A stretch of 56,175 bases of DNA. Origin: an uncultured Bacilli bacterium. Its GTDB lineage: Bacteria > Bacillota_I > Bacilli_A > RF39 > UBA660. The translations under genes and the position numbers were made by a program. The DNA lies in contig CALVQX010000029.1 of NCBI GenBank assembly GCA_944358405.1, positions 1 to 56,175 of the forward strand, in the 5' to 3' direction. Numbering within the stretch: position 1 is the first letter of the stretch; each line of letters opens with the position of its first letter. The notes beneath the pieces were generated by a model that made no database searches, was not told the origin of the DNA, and was given only the letters and a program-made list of their open reading frames with translations. This document shows, in pieces, positions 38,557-45,440 of the stretch.

Positions 38557-38586
38557 AAAACTACTCTCAAGATTGAAAGTAGTTTT
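38557..38586 (+). terminator. putative terminator after tRNA-Thr
   Basis: 9-bp stem AAAACTACT/AGTAGTTTT with 12-nt loop, then AATTT. Confidence 0.35.
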
Positions 38587-38766
38587 AATTTGGCATTTAA
38601 AAAACTTATAATATAAGTAGTAATACTCTGTGAAAAAAGAAAATTTATTTTTTCTTTTTATTGAATATAATTTTGATTAATTTTCTAATTTCTTTTTTGG
38701 ACTATTATCTTATAATCAATAAAATATTGGTTTTGTTTTATCAAAAATTTTTCTGTAATTTTCATT

Positions 38767-39411
38767 TTAATTCTTTATTTTTTGATTAGGTAGTAATTTT
38801 TTTACTTTTGATGTTTTTTCTTCTTCCGTTGATAGTAGTCTCAAAGATGTATCATTTTCGATTGATAGAACATTGTTAATATTACCTATTTTTTTGAAGT
38901 CTATTTTCCCATTCTTATCAACTGGTGCAGTTATTCCTAATAGCCCTATCTCCCCAGTAATTGTATTTAAAAACTCACTATCTTCATTATGGATGATTTG
39001 AATGAAATTTCCCATAGCATAACATTTGTGTTGGATAGAATCTAGTATTATTTTACCATCTGACTTTTGAAGTATTGTTCTCCATCTAGATTCACCATAA
39101 CCATAAGTCAACGAAAGATGGAAATGGATATAATCATAATCAACATCTCTTATACTACCATTTTCAGCATTTAATAATTGTTTATGCTCGTTTTCTCCAT
39201 CAAAGGTTCTAATAACAAACATACGCTCCTTATTACTATCAACACTTTCATAACTATTAGCAGATATTGTTATAATCGGTTCAAAATCAGCATGATAAAA
39301 ATGATAATCTGTTATTTCTGAACCAATACTATCTTGACCTATATATGTCAAGGGTGTCCAATATGGATAACCTTCAATAATATTATAATAAATATCAACT
39401 ATAATTCTCAT
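38767..39411 (-). CDS. hypothetical 214-aa protein, no recognisable family (islet gene 2)
   Basis: long ORF co-directional with and 150 nt downstream of the nuclease gene; no TM or signal; no SD in front of ATG 39411, so the start and expression are uncertain. Confidence 0.45.
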   Translation of the reverse strand: MRIIVDIYYNIIEGYPYWTPLTYIGQDSIGSEITDYHFYHADFEPIITISANSYESVDSNKERMFVIRTFDGENEHKQLLNAENGSIRDVDYDYIHFHLSLTYGYGESRWRTILQKSDGKIILDSIQHKCYAMGNFIQIIHNEDSEFLNTITGEIGLLGITAPVDKNGKIDFKKIGNINNVLSIENDTSLRLLSTEEEKTSKVKKLLPNQKIKN

Positions 39412-39561
39412 TTAATAAGTGCAGAAGAAATGAAACAAATTGAGTTAAAATTAAATATATAAATATTGTTACTTTCATTGATTAGGTCATTAGATAGATT
39501 GATACTCAAGCTTTTTAATTTATAAAATTGTTTGAGTTTTAATATACCTAAAGGTGAAATA

Positions 39562-40317
39562 CTAATTTTCATAAGAATATATTTTGTCAAAAAGCTTTTC
39601 AACACTATCTTTTCTTATAGAAAACTGGATGTTTTTATTTCTATTTTTACCAAGATTCTCCTCACTTCTTTCAAATCTTAATAGTAATGTAGCTTTTACT
39701 TCTCCCCGTTCCAAGCATTTTATAAAAGCTAGTATATTTTTTATAGTATAACATTCTAGCTTATAATATCGAAAAAAATAACTATTGTTCATTTTTCGTT
39801 TACTTGCATAGAATAAAGCAAGTTTATTTAATTTAATTAATAGTCTTTGTTCTAGAGAATCAAAAAATATAAATGCACTATCCTCTATAAAATTCATATT
39901 TTCATCATATATTCTTATAAATATCTTTTTATTATCATAGTCTATTTTTAATTCAAAATAATACTTATCAGATACTAAAACTTTTTGATTTGTTTTTAAG
40001 TTCACAACAAGTTTATTATAGTTTTCAAATATAGTATCGCATTTTCCATAGTTTTCTAAAAGATAATTACTTTCGAATATCCTAGGTCCATCAAATGATA
40101 AAGAAAATAGACTTATATTATATCTGCTAAATCTTTGGGTGCATTTTATTTCAATTCCCTCATAATCTGGAAAAAATAAACTATCTGGTTTCTTATCAAA
40201 ATAGTTTTCTAAAGTAAGACCTGCAGAATTATACAAGTTATTATTGATGCCCTGAATATAGCCTAAATTATTTAGTTTCTTAAATTTATCTATGATATTT
40301 TTAAAGTCTTTTTCCAT
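39562..40317 (-). CDS. MvaI/BcnI-family (MutH-like) PD-(D/E)XK restriction-type endonuclease, no adjacent methyltransferase
   Basis: 251 aa; FFPD51-YEGI-E56-I-K58 catalytic motif, SLFSLSFDGP, C-terminal FFDSLEQRL..KLNKLALFYA..YFFRYYKLE..GEVKATLLLR pattern matching my recollection of MvaI/BcnI; SD AGAGGTG. Confidence 0.6.
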   Translation of the reverse strand: MEKDFKNIIDKFKKLNNLGYIQGINNNLYNSAGLTLENYFDKKPDSLFFPDYEGIEIKCTQRFSRYNISLFSLSFDGPRIFESNYLLENYGKCDTIFENYNKLVVNLKTNQKVLVSDKYYFELKIDYDNKKIFIRIYDENMNFIEDSAFIFFDSLEQRLLIKLNKLALFYASKRKMNNSYFFRYYKLECYTIKNILAFIKCLERGEVKATLLLRFERSEENLGKNRNKNIQFSIRKDSVEKLFDKIYSYEN

Positions 40318-40345
40318 AATTCACCTCTTTTAGGTGCTTATACTA

Positions 40346-40452
40346 TCAGTTGGTTAGAGCAAAATTTGTCGACTTAGGTATTTTTTATATTATTATTCTT
40401 ATGTGAAAAATAAGGGCGGTCGATGGTTCAAAAAAAAAGACCATCAGGGTCC
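40346..40452 (+). pseudogene. degenerate, inverted copy of the neighbouring tRNA-CAT gene (tRNA fossil)
   Basis: 16/16 nt match to the D arm (TCAGTTGGTTAGAGCA, 40346-40361), 16/16 to the variable/T-stem (GGGCGGTCGATGGTTC, 40414-40429) and 12/12 to the T-stem/acceptor (CCATCAGGGTCC, 40441-40452); the anticodon arm is replaced by about 52 AT-rich nt and the T loop by an A9 run. Confidence 0.7.
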
Positions 40453-40466
40453 TTTAATTTTTTTAA

Positions 40467-40550
40467 TGGTGCGAGTAACAGGAGTTGAACCTGCACGTCT
40501 AAGACACTAGATCCTAAGTCTAGCGCGTCTGCCAATTCCGCCATACTCGC
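40467..40550 (-). tRNA. tRNA-Leu (anticodon TAG), long variable arm, CCA encoded
   Basis: manual fold: GCGAGTA/TACTCGC acceptor, CTAGA-CTTAGGA-TCTAG anticodon arm, 13-nt variable arm, GCAGG-TTCAACT-CCTGT T arm. Confidence 0.9.
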
Positions 40551-40558
40551 ATTTTAAA

Positions 40559-40635
40559 TGGTGGACCCTGATGGACTCGAACCATCGACCGCCCGGTTAT
40601 GAGCCGGATGCTCTAACCAACTGAGCTAAGGGTCC
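40559..40635 (-). tRNA. tRNA with CAT anticodon (Met by anticodon; loop CTCATAA and overall sequence look more like lysidine-type tRNA-Ile2 than initiator or elongator Met)
   Basis: manual fold: GGACCCT/AGGGTCC acceptor, GCTC-AGTTGGTTA-GAGC D arm, TCCGG-CTCATAA-CCGGG anticodon arm, GATGG-TTCGAGT-CCATC T arm; G1-C72 and no GGG/CCC anticodon stem, so not an initiator. Confidence 0.85.
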
Positions 40636-40646
40636 GCTGCTATTTA

Positions 40647-40675
40647 ATAATAGCACACATTTTTATTGCTTGCAA
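40647..40675 (-). promoter_or_regulatory. sigma-A promoter of the tRNA-CAT/tRNA-Leu pair
   Basis: TTGCAA - 17 nt - TATTAT with extended -10 TG (TGcTATTAT); -10 ends about 11 nt before the tRNA 5' end. Confidence 0.6.
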
Positions 40676-40694
40676 GAGAAAAATACATTTTTCT

Positions 40695-41114
40695 TTATTT
40701 TTGTAACATATTTAATAAATTAATTTTAAACATATCTTTTTCTGGATTGGTTTTAGAAATCATAACTCCTTTATATGTAGAAAGTTCAGCCCTATGTCCT
40801 TCATCTAAAATTCCTTCAGGTGTTATATTAGTTAATAAAATTATTCCTTTCTCTAAATAAACTGTATAATGTAGAATAATTTCCCCGTGTACCTTACGGA
40901 ATAATTCATCTGTTGGTAACTTTAATTCGTAATTAACTGTTTTATCTTTTTCATTTTTACTAACTTCTTGTCCTAAGAAATTACCTTTACGTAATTCTGG
41001 ATAATAATTGAATGTTAACTTTTTATATGCCAACATATTATACTTTCTTACTGATCTTTCTTTCTTTCTAAAATCATTTTCATCCAAATATTCAAATATA
41101 TAAGAATTCATCAT
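40695..41114 (-). CDS. hypothetical 139-aa cytoplasmic protein, no recognisable family
   Basis: ORF with a GGGGG SD region and its own consensus promoter; basic N-terminus, no TM segment. Confidence 0.55.
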   Translation of the reverse strand: MMNSYIFEYLDENDFRKKERSVRKYNMLAYKKLTFNYYPELRKGNFLGQEVSKNEKDKTVNYELKLPTDELFRKVHGEIILHYTVYLEKGIILLTNITPEGILDEGHRAELSTYKGVMISKTNPEKDMFKINLLNMLQK

Positions 41115-41173
41115 ATATATTCAACCCCCTAACCTACTACTTTGAAGTTCCCTCTTACCTTCAAGGTATACAT

Positions 41174-41202
41174 ATTATAGCATATTTTTTCATTATTGTC
41201 AA
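41174..41202 (-). promoter_or_regulatory. perfect consensus sigma-A promoter
   Basis: minus strand reads TTGACA (41202-41197) - 17 nt - TATAAT (41179-41174). Confidence 0.75.
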
Positions 41203-41280
41203 ATTTTTTCGAATCATGGCAATGCATATTTTATATGAGAACATGCCTTTATTAAGGCTAATTTTTTAAATCATAAAAGA

Positions 41281-41308
41281 AAAATGAAGGAGATAATTCC
41301 TTCATTTT
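41281..41308 (-). terminator. intrinsic terminator after the 756-aa gene
   Basis: 11-bp perfect stem AAAATGAAGGA/TCCTTCATTTT, 6-nt loop, TCTTTTAT tail on the minus strand. Confidence 0.7.
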
Positions 41309-41311
41309 ATA

Positions 41312-43582
41312 TTATTTGGTATATACATATCCAGCTTCTTCTGCAGTTGGATTGTTTGCCATTTCTTCTACAAGTGCATTTGCTAGTTCCTCATTTGAAA
41401 TCGTCTCTTCATATTCATAGATTACTTGATCCGTAGTATTTTCTGCTGGAGGGCTAGCCTGTTCTATTGATACTGTTGTATTCGTATCAGTTACATCTAC
41501 AAATGTATTATCCGTTGTTGGAGCACTTGTTTCTGGTGTATATGCTGGAGCTTGATTATCAAATTCTTGTCCCGTTTGATTTGGATCTGGTAAATTAGAT
41601 TCAGTCTTACTTCCAGTACCATCTGTTGTAATGTCTTGAACCGAATCATTTAAGTTGCCATTACTGTCAGAATAATTTTCATCAAAGTCTACATTGTGAT
41701 CTCCAAAATCATCTTCATTTACTGGAGTTGTTTCAGAAGTTGATGATTGATTATTTTTATCGATTTGCTCGTTTGCAGCATCAATTTTATCTTGTAGATC
41801 CTGATCACTTTGTGCTACTTGTTGTTCTAATTGTTCTTTCTTTTGGTCTTCTTGTTGTTGCAATTGCTCTGCTTTTTCAGAAGCTTCTTGCTCTGCTTTT
41901 TCCTTGGCAGCAGCATTTTCTTTTTCTATTTGTGCATCTACTTTTTTCTCTGCTTCTTCTACAGCTTTTTCTCCAACTAATTCTATAGCTTTATCACGAT
42001 CACTCGTTTTTATTTTTTCTGTTGTAGTTTGATAATCCGTATATGATTCACTGGTTATCGTAGTATAAGAATAGCTAGAAGTTGTTGAATATCCTCCTGA
42101 ACCGCTATTATAGTCTATAATGTTCATTGAATTTACCCATTTTTGGAATGCGTCTAGTTCGCTCAATTCACGATGAGCATCGTCAATTACATATTTCCCT
42201 CTTGCTTGTAGTTCAAGGATTTTAGCATTTTTAAACTCTTCATAGCTTGGATTGCTTACATCACGTTCTGTCATTGTACTAATTAGACTTGCCTTTTGAA
42301 TGTATTGATCAGCATAGTTACAGATACCTAAGTCATTGAAATATGCAATAGCTTTATCTGATAATGTATGATCAATTTCAAGATTTTGAAACATCATTTC
42401 TGCTGCAGCTACCATTGGGACAACTGAGTATTTATAAGGTAGAAGGGAATTTCTAGCATCTGCATGGGCAATTCCTTCTTCTCTAATTTCATCACTAATT
42501 GGGAAGTCATTAAATAATTCTTGATAAAAAGCATTTACTTTGTTAATTTGATCTTGTCCAGTTGCTTCTTTAGCCTGTAAAAACATCTCATGATACTTTT
42601 GATAGAACGCTTTTCCCTCTTCACTATTAATTAATTCATCCATTTTTACAGGATTATCACGTACTTCAATCACATGTGCTCCCATTAGTTGCAATACTCC
42701 TGTTTTATAGGCATTGCTTAAAGCAGTAGCATCTAACTCTGCCCCATTGAAAATTGATTGAATCTCTTCTTTAGAGTAATTGTTATATACAAGATCCAAT
42801 GCTACTACTTCATCCCATGACAAAGCAGCACGAATGTCTTTCCCTTCTTCTAAATAACCTGAGGCGAAGGTACCGTTAAAGTTATCTAAGACATTGCTAT
42901 ATTTTTGCATAGTTTCTTTTTGTAGTTCATTGGTAGTATCATTAAGTAATTGATCAAAGGTTGACTCACCGATGATTATTATATCCCCATTTGCATTCGC
43001 CAATGCTTCGTTAGTTACACTATTTTCCTTTTCTGCATCTGCTTTTTTATTATTCAAAGCAGCACAACCAGTTAAACCTAATGCAGCTGCTGTGATAAGA
43101 GCAGTTAATTTTCTTGCTCTAGTTTTTAAGGCCCTTTTGAAAAATTTAGCTACTCTAGTATTGGCAATCCACGAGGTAATGCGTCCTATGATCCCTACTT
43201 TTTTCTTTGCTGGCTTCGTTTTAGCTTTTGATTTTTTTGACAAATCGCTCTCTTCCACTGCTGGAGTAGGAGGATTACCTCCTATCAAATCGTCAGATGG
43301 ATTTGGAGTCGTTCCTGGCTTTTTCTTTCTTCCTAAATAGGTTTTGAAATTTTTTTCAAATTGTTCACCTGATATATTATAAATATAATTTTTATTGATA
43401 TATTCTTCAGGTGTTCCTGATAATTTCTTTTCTTGAATTAACTTTCTAGCAGCAATAAGTCCATCTTCTTTATCTACATTTTTTACACTACCATCGGCAT
43501 AGAAAATACATGCTTGCGTTCTTTTTCCTGTTTCACTATTAAATTCATAGAATACAACATTTTCAATTTTTTTATCATTCAT
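41312..43582 (-). CDS. large exported/anchored protein with internal lipobox-like signal, coiled-coil and acidic Thr/Asn-rich tail
   Basis: 756 aa; strong SD (AAGGGGGA); roughly 150-aa basic/Pro-rich N-terminal region, then KTRARKLTALITAAALGLTGC173, alpha-helical domain, EKAEQ.. coiled coil, low-complexity C-terminus; no LPXTG. Confidence 0.6.
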   Translation of the reverse strand: MNDKKIENVVFYEFNSETGKRTQACIFYADGSVKNVDKEDGLIAARKLIQEKKLSGTPEEYINKNYIYNISGEQFEKNFKTYLGRKKKPGTTPNPSDDLIGGNPPTPAVEESDLSKKSKAKTKPAKKKVGIIGRITSWIANTRVAKFFKRALKTRARKLTALITAAALGLTGCAALNNKKADAEKENSVTNEALANANGDIIIIGESTFDQLLNDTTNELQKETMQKYSNVLDNFNGTFASGYLEEGKDIRAALSWDEVVALDLVYNNYSKEEIQSIFNGAELDATALSNAYKTGVLQLMGAHVIEVRDNPVKMDELINSEEGKAFYQKYHEMFLQAKEATGQDQINKVNAFYQELFNDFPISDEIREEGIAHADARNSLLPYKYSVVPMVAAAEMMFQNLEIDHTLSDKAIAYFNDLGICNYADQYIQKASLISTMTERDVSNPSYEEFKNAKILELQARGKYVIDDAHRELSELDAFQKWVNSMNIIDYNSGSGGYSTTSSYSYTTITSESYTDYQTTTEKIKTSDRDKAIELVGEKAVEEAEKKVDAQIEKENAAAKEKAEQEASEKAEQLQQQEDQKKEQLEQQVAQSDQDLQDKIDAANEQIDKNNQSSTSETTPVNEDDFGDHNVDFDENYSDSNGNLNDSVQDITTDGTGSKTESNLPDPNQTGQEFDNQAPAYTPETSAPTTDNTFVDVTDTNTTVSIEQASPPAENTTDQVIYEYEETISNEELANALVEEMANNPTAEEAGYVYTK

Positions 43583-43595
43583 TTTATCTTCCCCC

Positions 43596-45122
43596 TTAAC
43601 TTGCTAATTTTTTATAGCCAGTATAGTACCATCCATTATTTAATAAGCTAGTATCATTATATTTACTCCATTTAGTTGTTGTTTTTCCAGCACTTAATAA
43701 GTTTCTTGTTTTAGTACTTTGATAACATACCGTACCATACAATGGTTCTTTTCTAGTTGCAATCTCTGAAACTTGTATTGTGCTATAAACTGGAATCGTC
43801 TTTGTAACTACTTCTCCACAACTAGCAGTGATGCTTGATGAGGTTGAACTAGAAGTAGAACTACTACTTGAAGATCCTCCAGGTGTAGAGGTAGTTGAGC
43901 TTACAGATGAAAGTCCTCCTGTATAACTGTATTCATCGTACCAATAATATGGCAAGGAAGTACATGTAGTACTACAGTAACTAAAGTCTGCACCTACAAA
44001 TATATATTGTGTACTTGCACTACTGCTTGGTGGATTTTGATATCTTTGACGTCCTTTGTAAGTCCATCCACCAGTACTACTCATCGTCGTTGAAGTCACT
44101 GTATTTATAGTTGTATAAGTTGTTGTGGTGGTGGTTGCATAAGTTGTATTATTAACAATTACATAGTTATATTTAGAACATGCCTTTTGAGTATAAGAAC
44201 CAGTCTGTACTAGTTTATTTCTTGTTGCAACATACTTTTTATCATAGGTACCAATTTGTTCTTTTTGATCATATCTTTGGACTTTCTTTAGACACGTTGT
44301 ATCTTGGTCAGAGCAATTAACTGTTGGAGTACTACAACTTGTTTCAGTCCAAGAAGACCAAGACGTCCAAGCTGAGAATTGCGCACCAGTAGTTTTTTGA
44401 TACTCATATATATATCCAGGTTCTTTGGTTGGTACGGGATCTGCAGTATCTGTTGGCGTTGGCTTATTATTATCATTATTGTTATTGTTATTGTTATCGT
44501 TATTATTATTGTTATTATTGTTATTATTGTTATTATTGTTATTATTATTGTTGTTATAGTTGTTGTTTGTATTGTTATTTGTAATAGATGTTACAGAGGT
44601 TGGTTGAGAAGCTTTGATAGCTACTTGTGTACTTTCTTTTTCACATACATAAGAATCACAATATGTATAGCATCCTAAATGAACTAAAATATAGTCTTCT
44701 TTTTCACTATCTTTTAAATTTACCTTTAATAAATATTCGTCATCCATTTTTGTGATTTTTACATAACTTGCCTCTACATCACAAGCTTTGTTATTTTTGT
44801 CTATTAAAGGGACAAGTAGTTTCTTGCCAATCATATCACTTAAGGTCATTGTGTCAGATTCTCCAACTTCTTGTGGTAATCTTTCATCAGTGTAATATGA
44901 AATGGCGGCATCTTTCATCTTCTCCAAATTATCTGCAAATATTTGTGATGTTAATGGTGATAGATCAACCGTCTGCCCTTCTGTTGTTTGAGTTACTACT
45001 TTTGGCTCAATAAATTTTGGTAATAACCATACTAATAAGAACACAAATATAATAATTAAAATTAATTTTAGCAAAAAGTCTCGAAACGGAAACCCCTTGT
45101 GTTCATACTCTTCTGTGTACAT
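43596..45122 (-). CDS. N-terminally anchored surface protein with poly-Asn linker and Cys/Ser/Thr-rich C-terminal region
   Basis: 508 aa; SD AGGGGGG; TM FLLKLILIIIFVFLLVWLL; Asn/Asp-only tract of about 30 residues; WTSWSSWTETSC motif; Ser/Thr runs. Confidence 0.6.
   Translation of the reverse strand: MYTEEYEHKGFPFRDFLLKLILIIIFVFLLVWLLPKFIEPKVVTQTTEGQTVDLSPLTSQIFADNLEKMKDAAISYYTDERLPQEVGESDTMTLSDMIGKKLLVPLIDKNNKACDVEASYVKITKMDDEYLLKVNLKDSEKEDYILVHLGCYTYCDSYVCEKESTQVAIKASQPTSVTSITNNNTNNNYNNNNNNNNNNNNNNNNNNNDNNNNNNNDNNKPTPTDTADPVPTKEPGYIYEYQKTTGAQFSAWTSWSSWTETSCSTPTVNCSDQDTTCLKKVQRYDQKEQIGTYDKKYVATRNKLVQTGSYTQKACSKYNYVIVNNTTYATTTTTTYTTINTVTSTTMSSTGGWTYKGRQRYQNPPSSSASTQYIFVGADFSYCSTTCTSLPYYWYDEYSYTGGLSSVSSTTSTPGGSSSSSSTSSSTSSSITASCGEVVTKTIPVYSTIQVSEIATRKEPLYGTVCYQSTKTRNLLSAGKTTTKWSKYNDTSLLNNGWYYTGYKKLAS
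44464..44580 (-). repeat. AAT/AAC trinucleotide microsatellite encoding poly-Asn, including 4 perfect tandem copies of a 9-bp unit (44511-44546)
   Basis: plus strand reads (GTTATTATT)x4 within a longer ATT/GTT run. Confidence 0.9.
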
Positions 45123-45179
45123 ATAAAATACCCCCCTTGCTTATTTGATTCTATATTCTAGCACAAATGTTCTAAATTG

Positions 45180-45440
45180 TCAAATTTTTTTCCTAATTTC
45201 AACGACTGTTGTTCCACTGTTAAAATTGTCTAATTTATAGCTTTCTACTAATTTGTTATTTTTTAATACTTCATGCGTTGTTTTTTTTAAAATTCCCGTA
45301 CCTATCCCATGAATGATTAATACTTTTTCATTTCTTAATTCATAATTGTCTCGAATAAATTCATTAATTAAGATTTTTGAATACTCTCGGTCTAGTCCAT
45401 GTAAATCAATCTGAGGTAAATACTTATATAATGTCGTCAT
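45180..45440 (-). CDS. Smr-domain protein
   Basis: 86 aa; DLHGL...LIIHGIGTGILK motif of Smr/MutS2 C-terminal nuclease domains. Confidence 0.8.
   Translation of the reverse strand: MTTLYKYLPQIDLHGLDREYSKILINEFIRDNYELRNEKVLIIHGIGTGILKKTTHEVLKNNKLVESYKLDNFNSGTTVVEIRKKI

Noticed and set aside
39408-39605. 65-aa minus-strand ORF bridging the two islet genes
   Set aside because: It overlaps the 3' end of the nuclease gene in another frame, has no SD and gives a low-complexity translation. The 150-nt spacer is better treated as non-coding.
40346-40452. The tRNA-like fossil as a functional intron-containing or split tRNA
   Set aside because: The 5' acceptor strand and the whole anticodon arm are missing, the T loop is replaced by an A-run, there is no CCA or discriminator context, and the 52-nt insert is far too short and AT-rich for a group I intron.
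44379-44678. 99-aa plus-strand ORF translating to IVIVIVII... repeats
   Set aside because: It is simply the antisense reading of the AAT/AAC poly-Asn microsatellite of the 508-aa gene.
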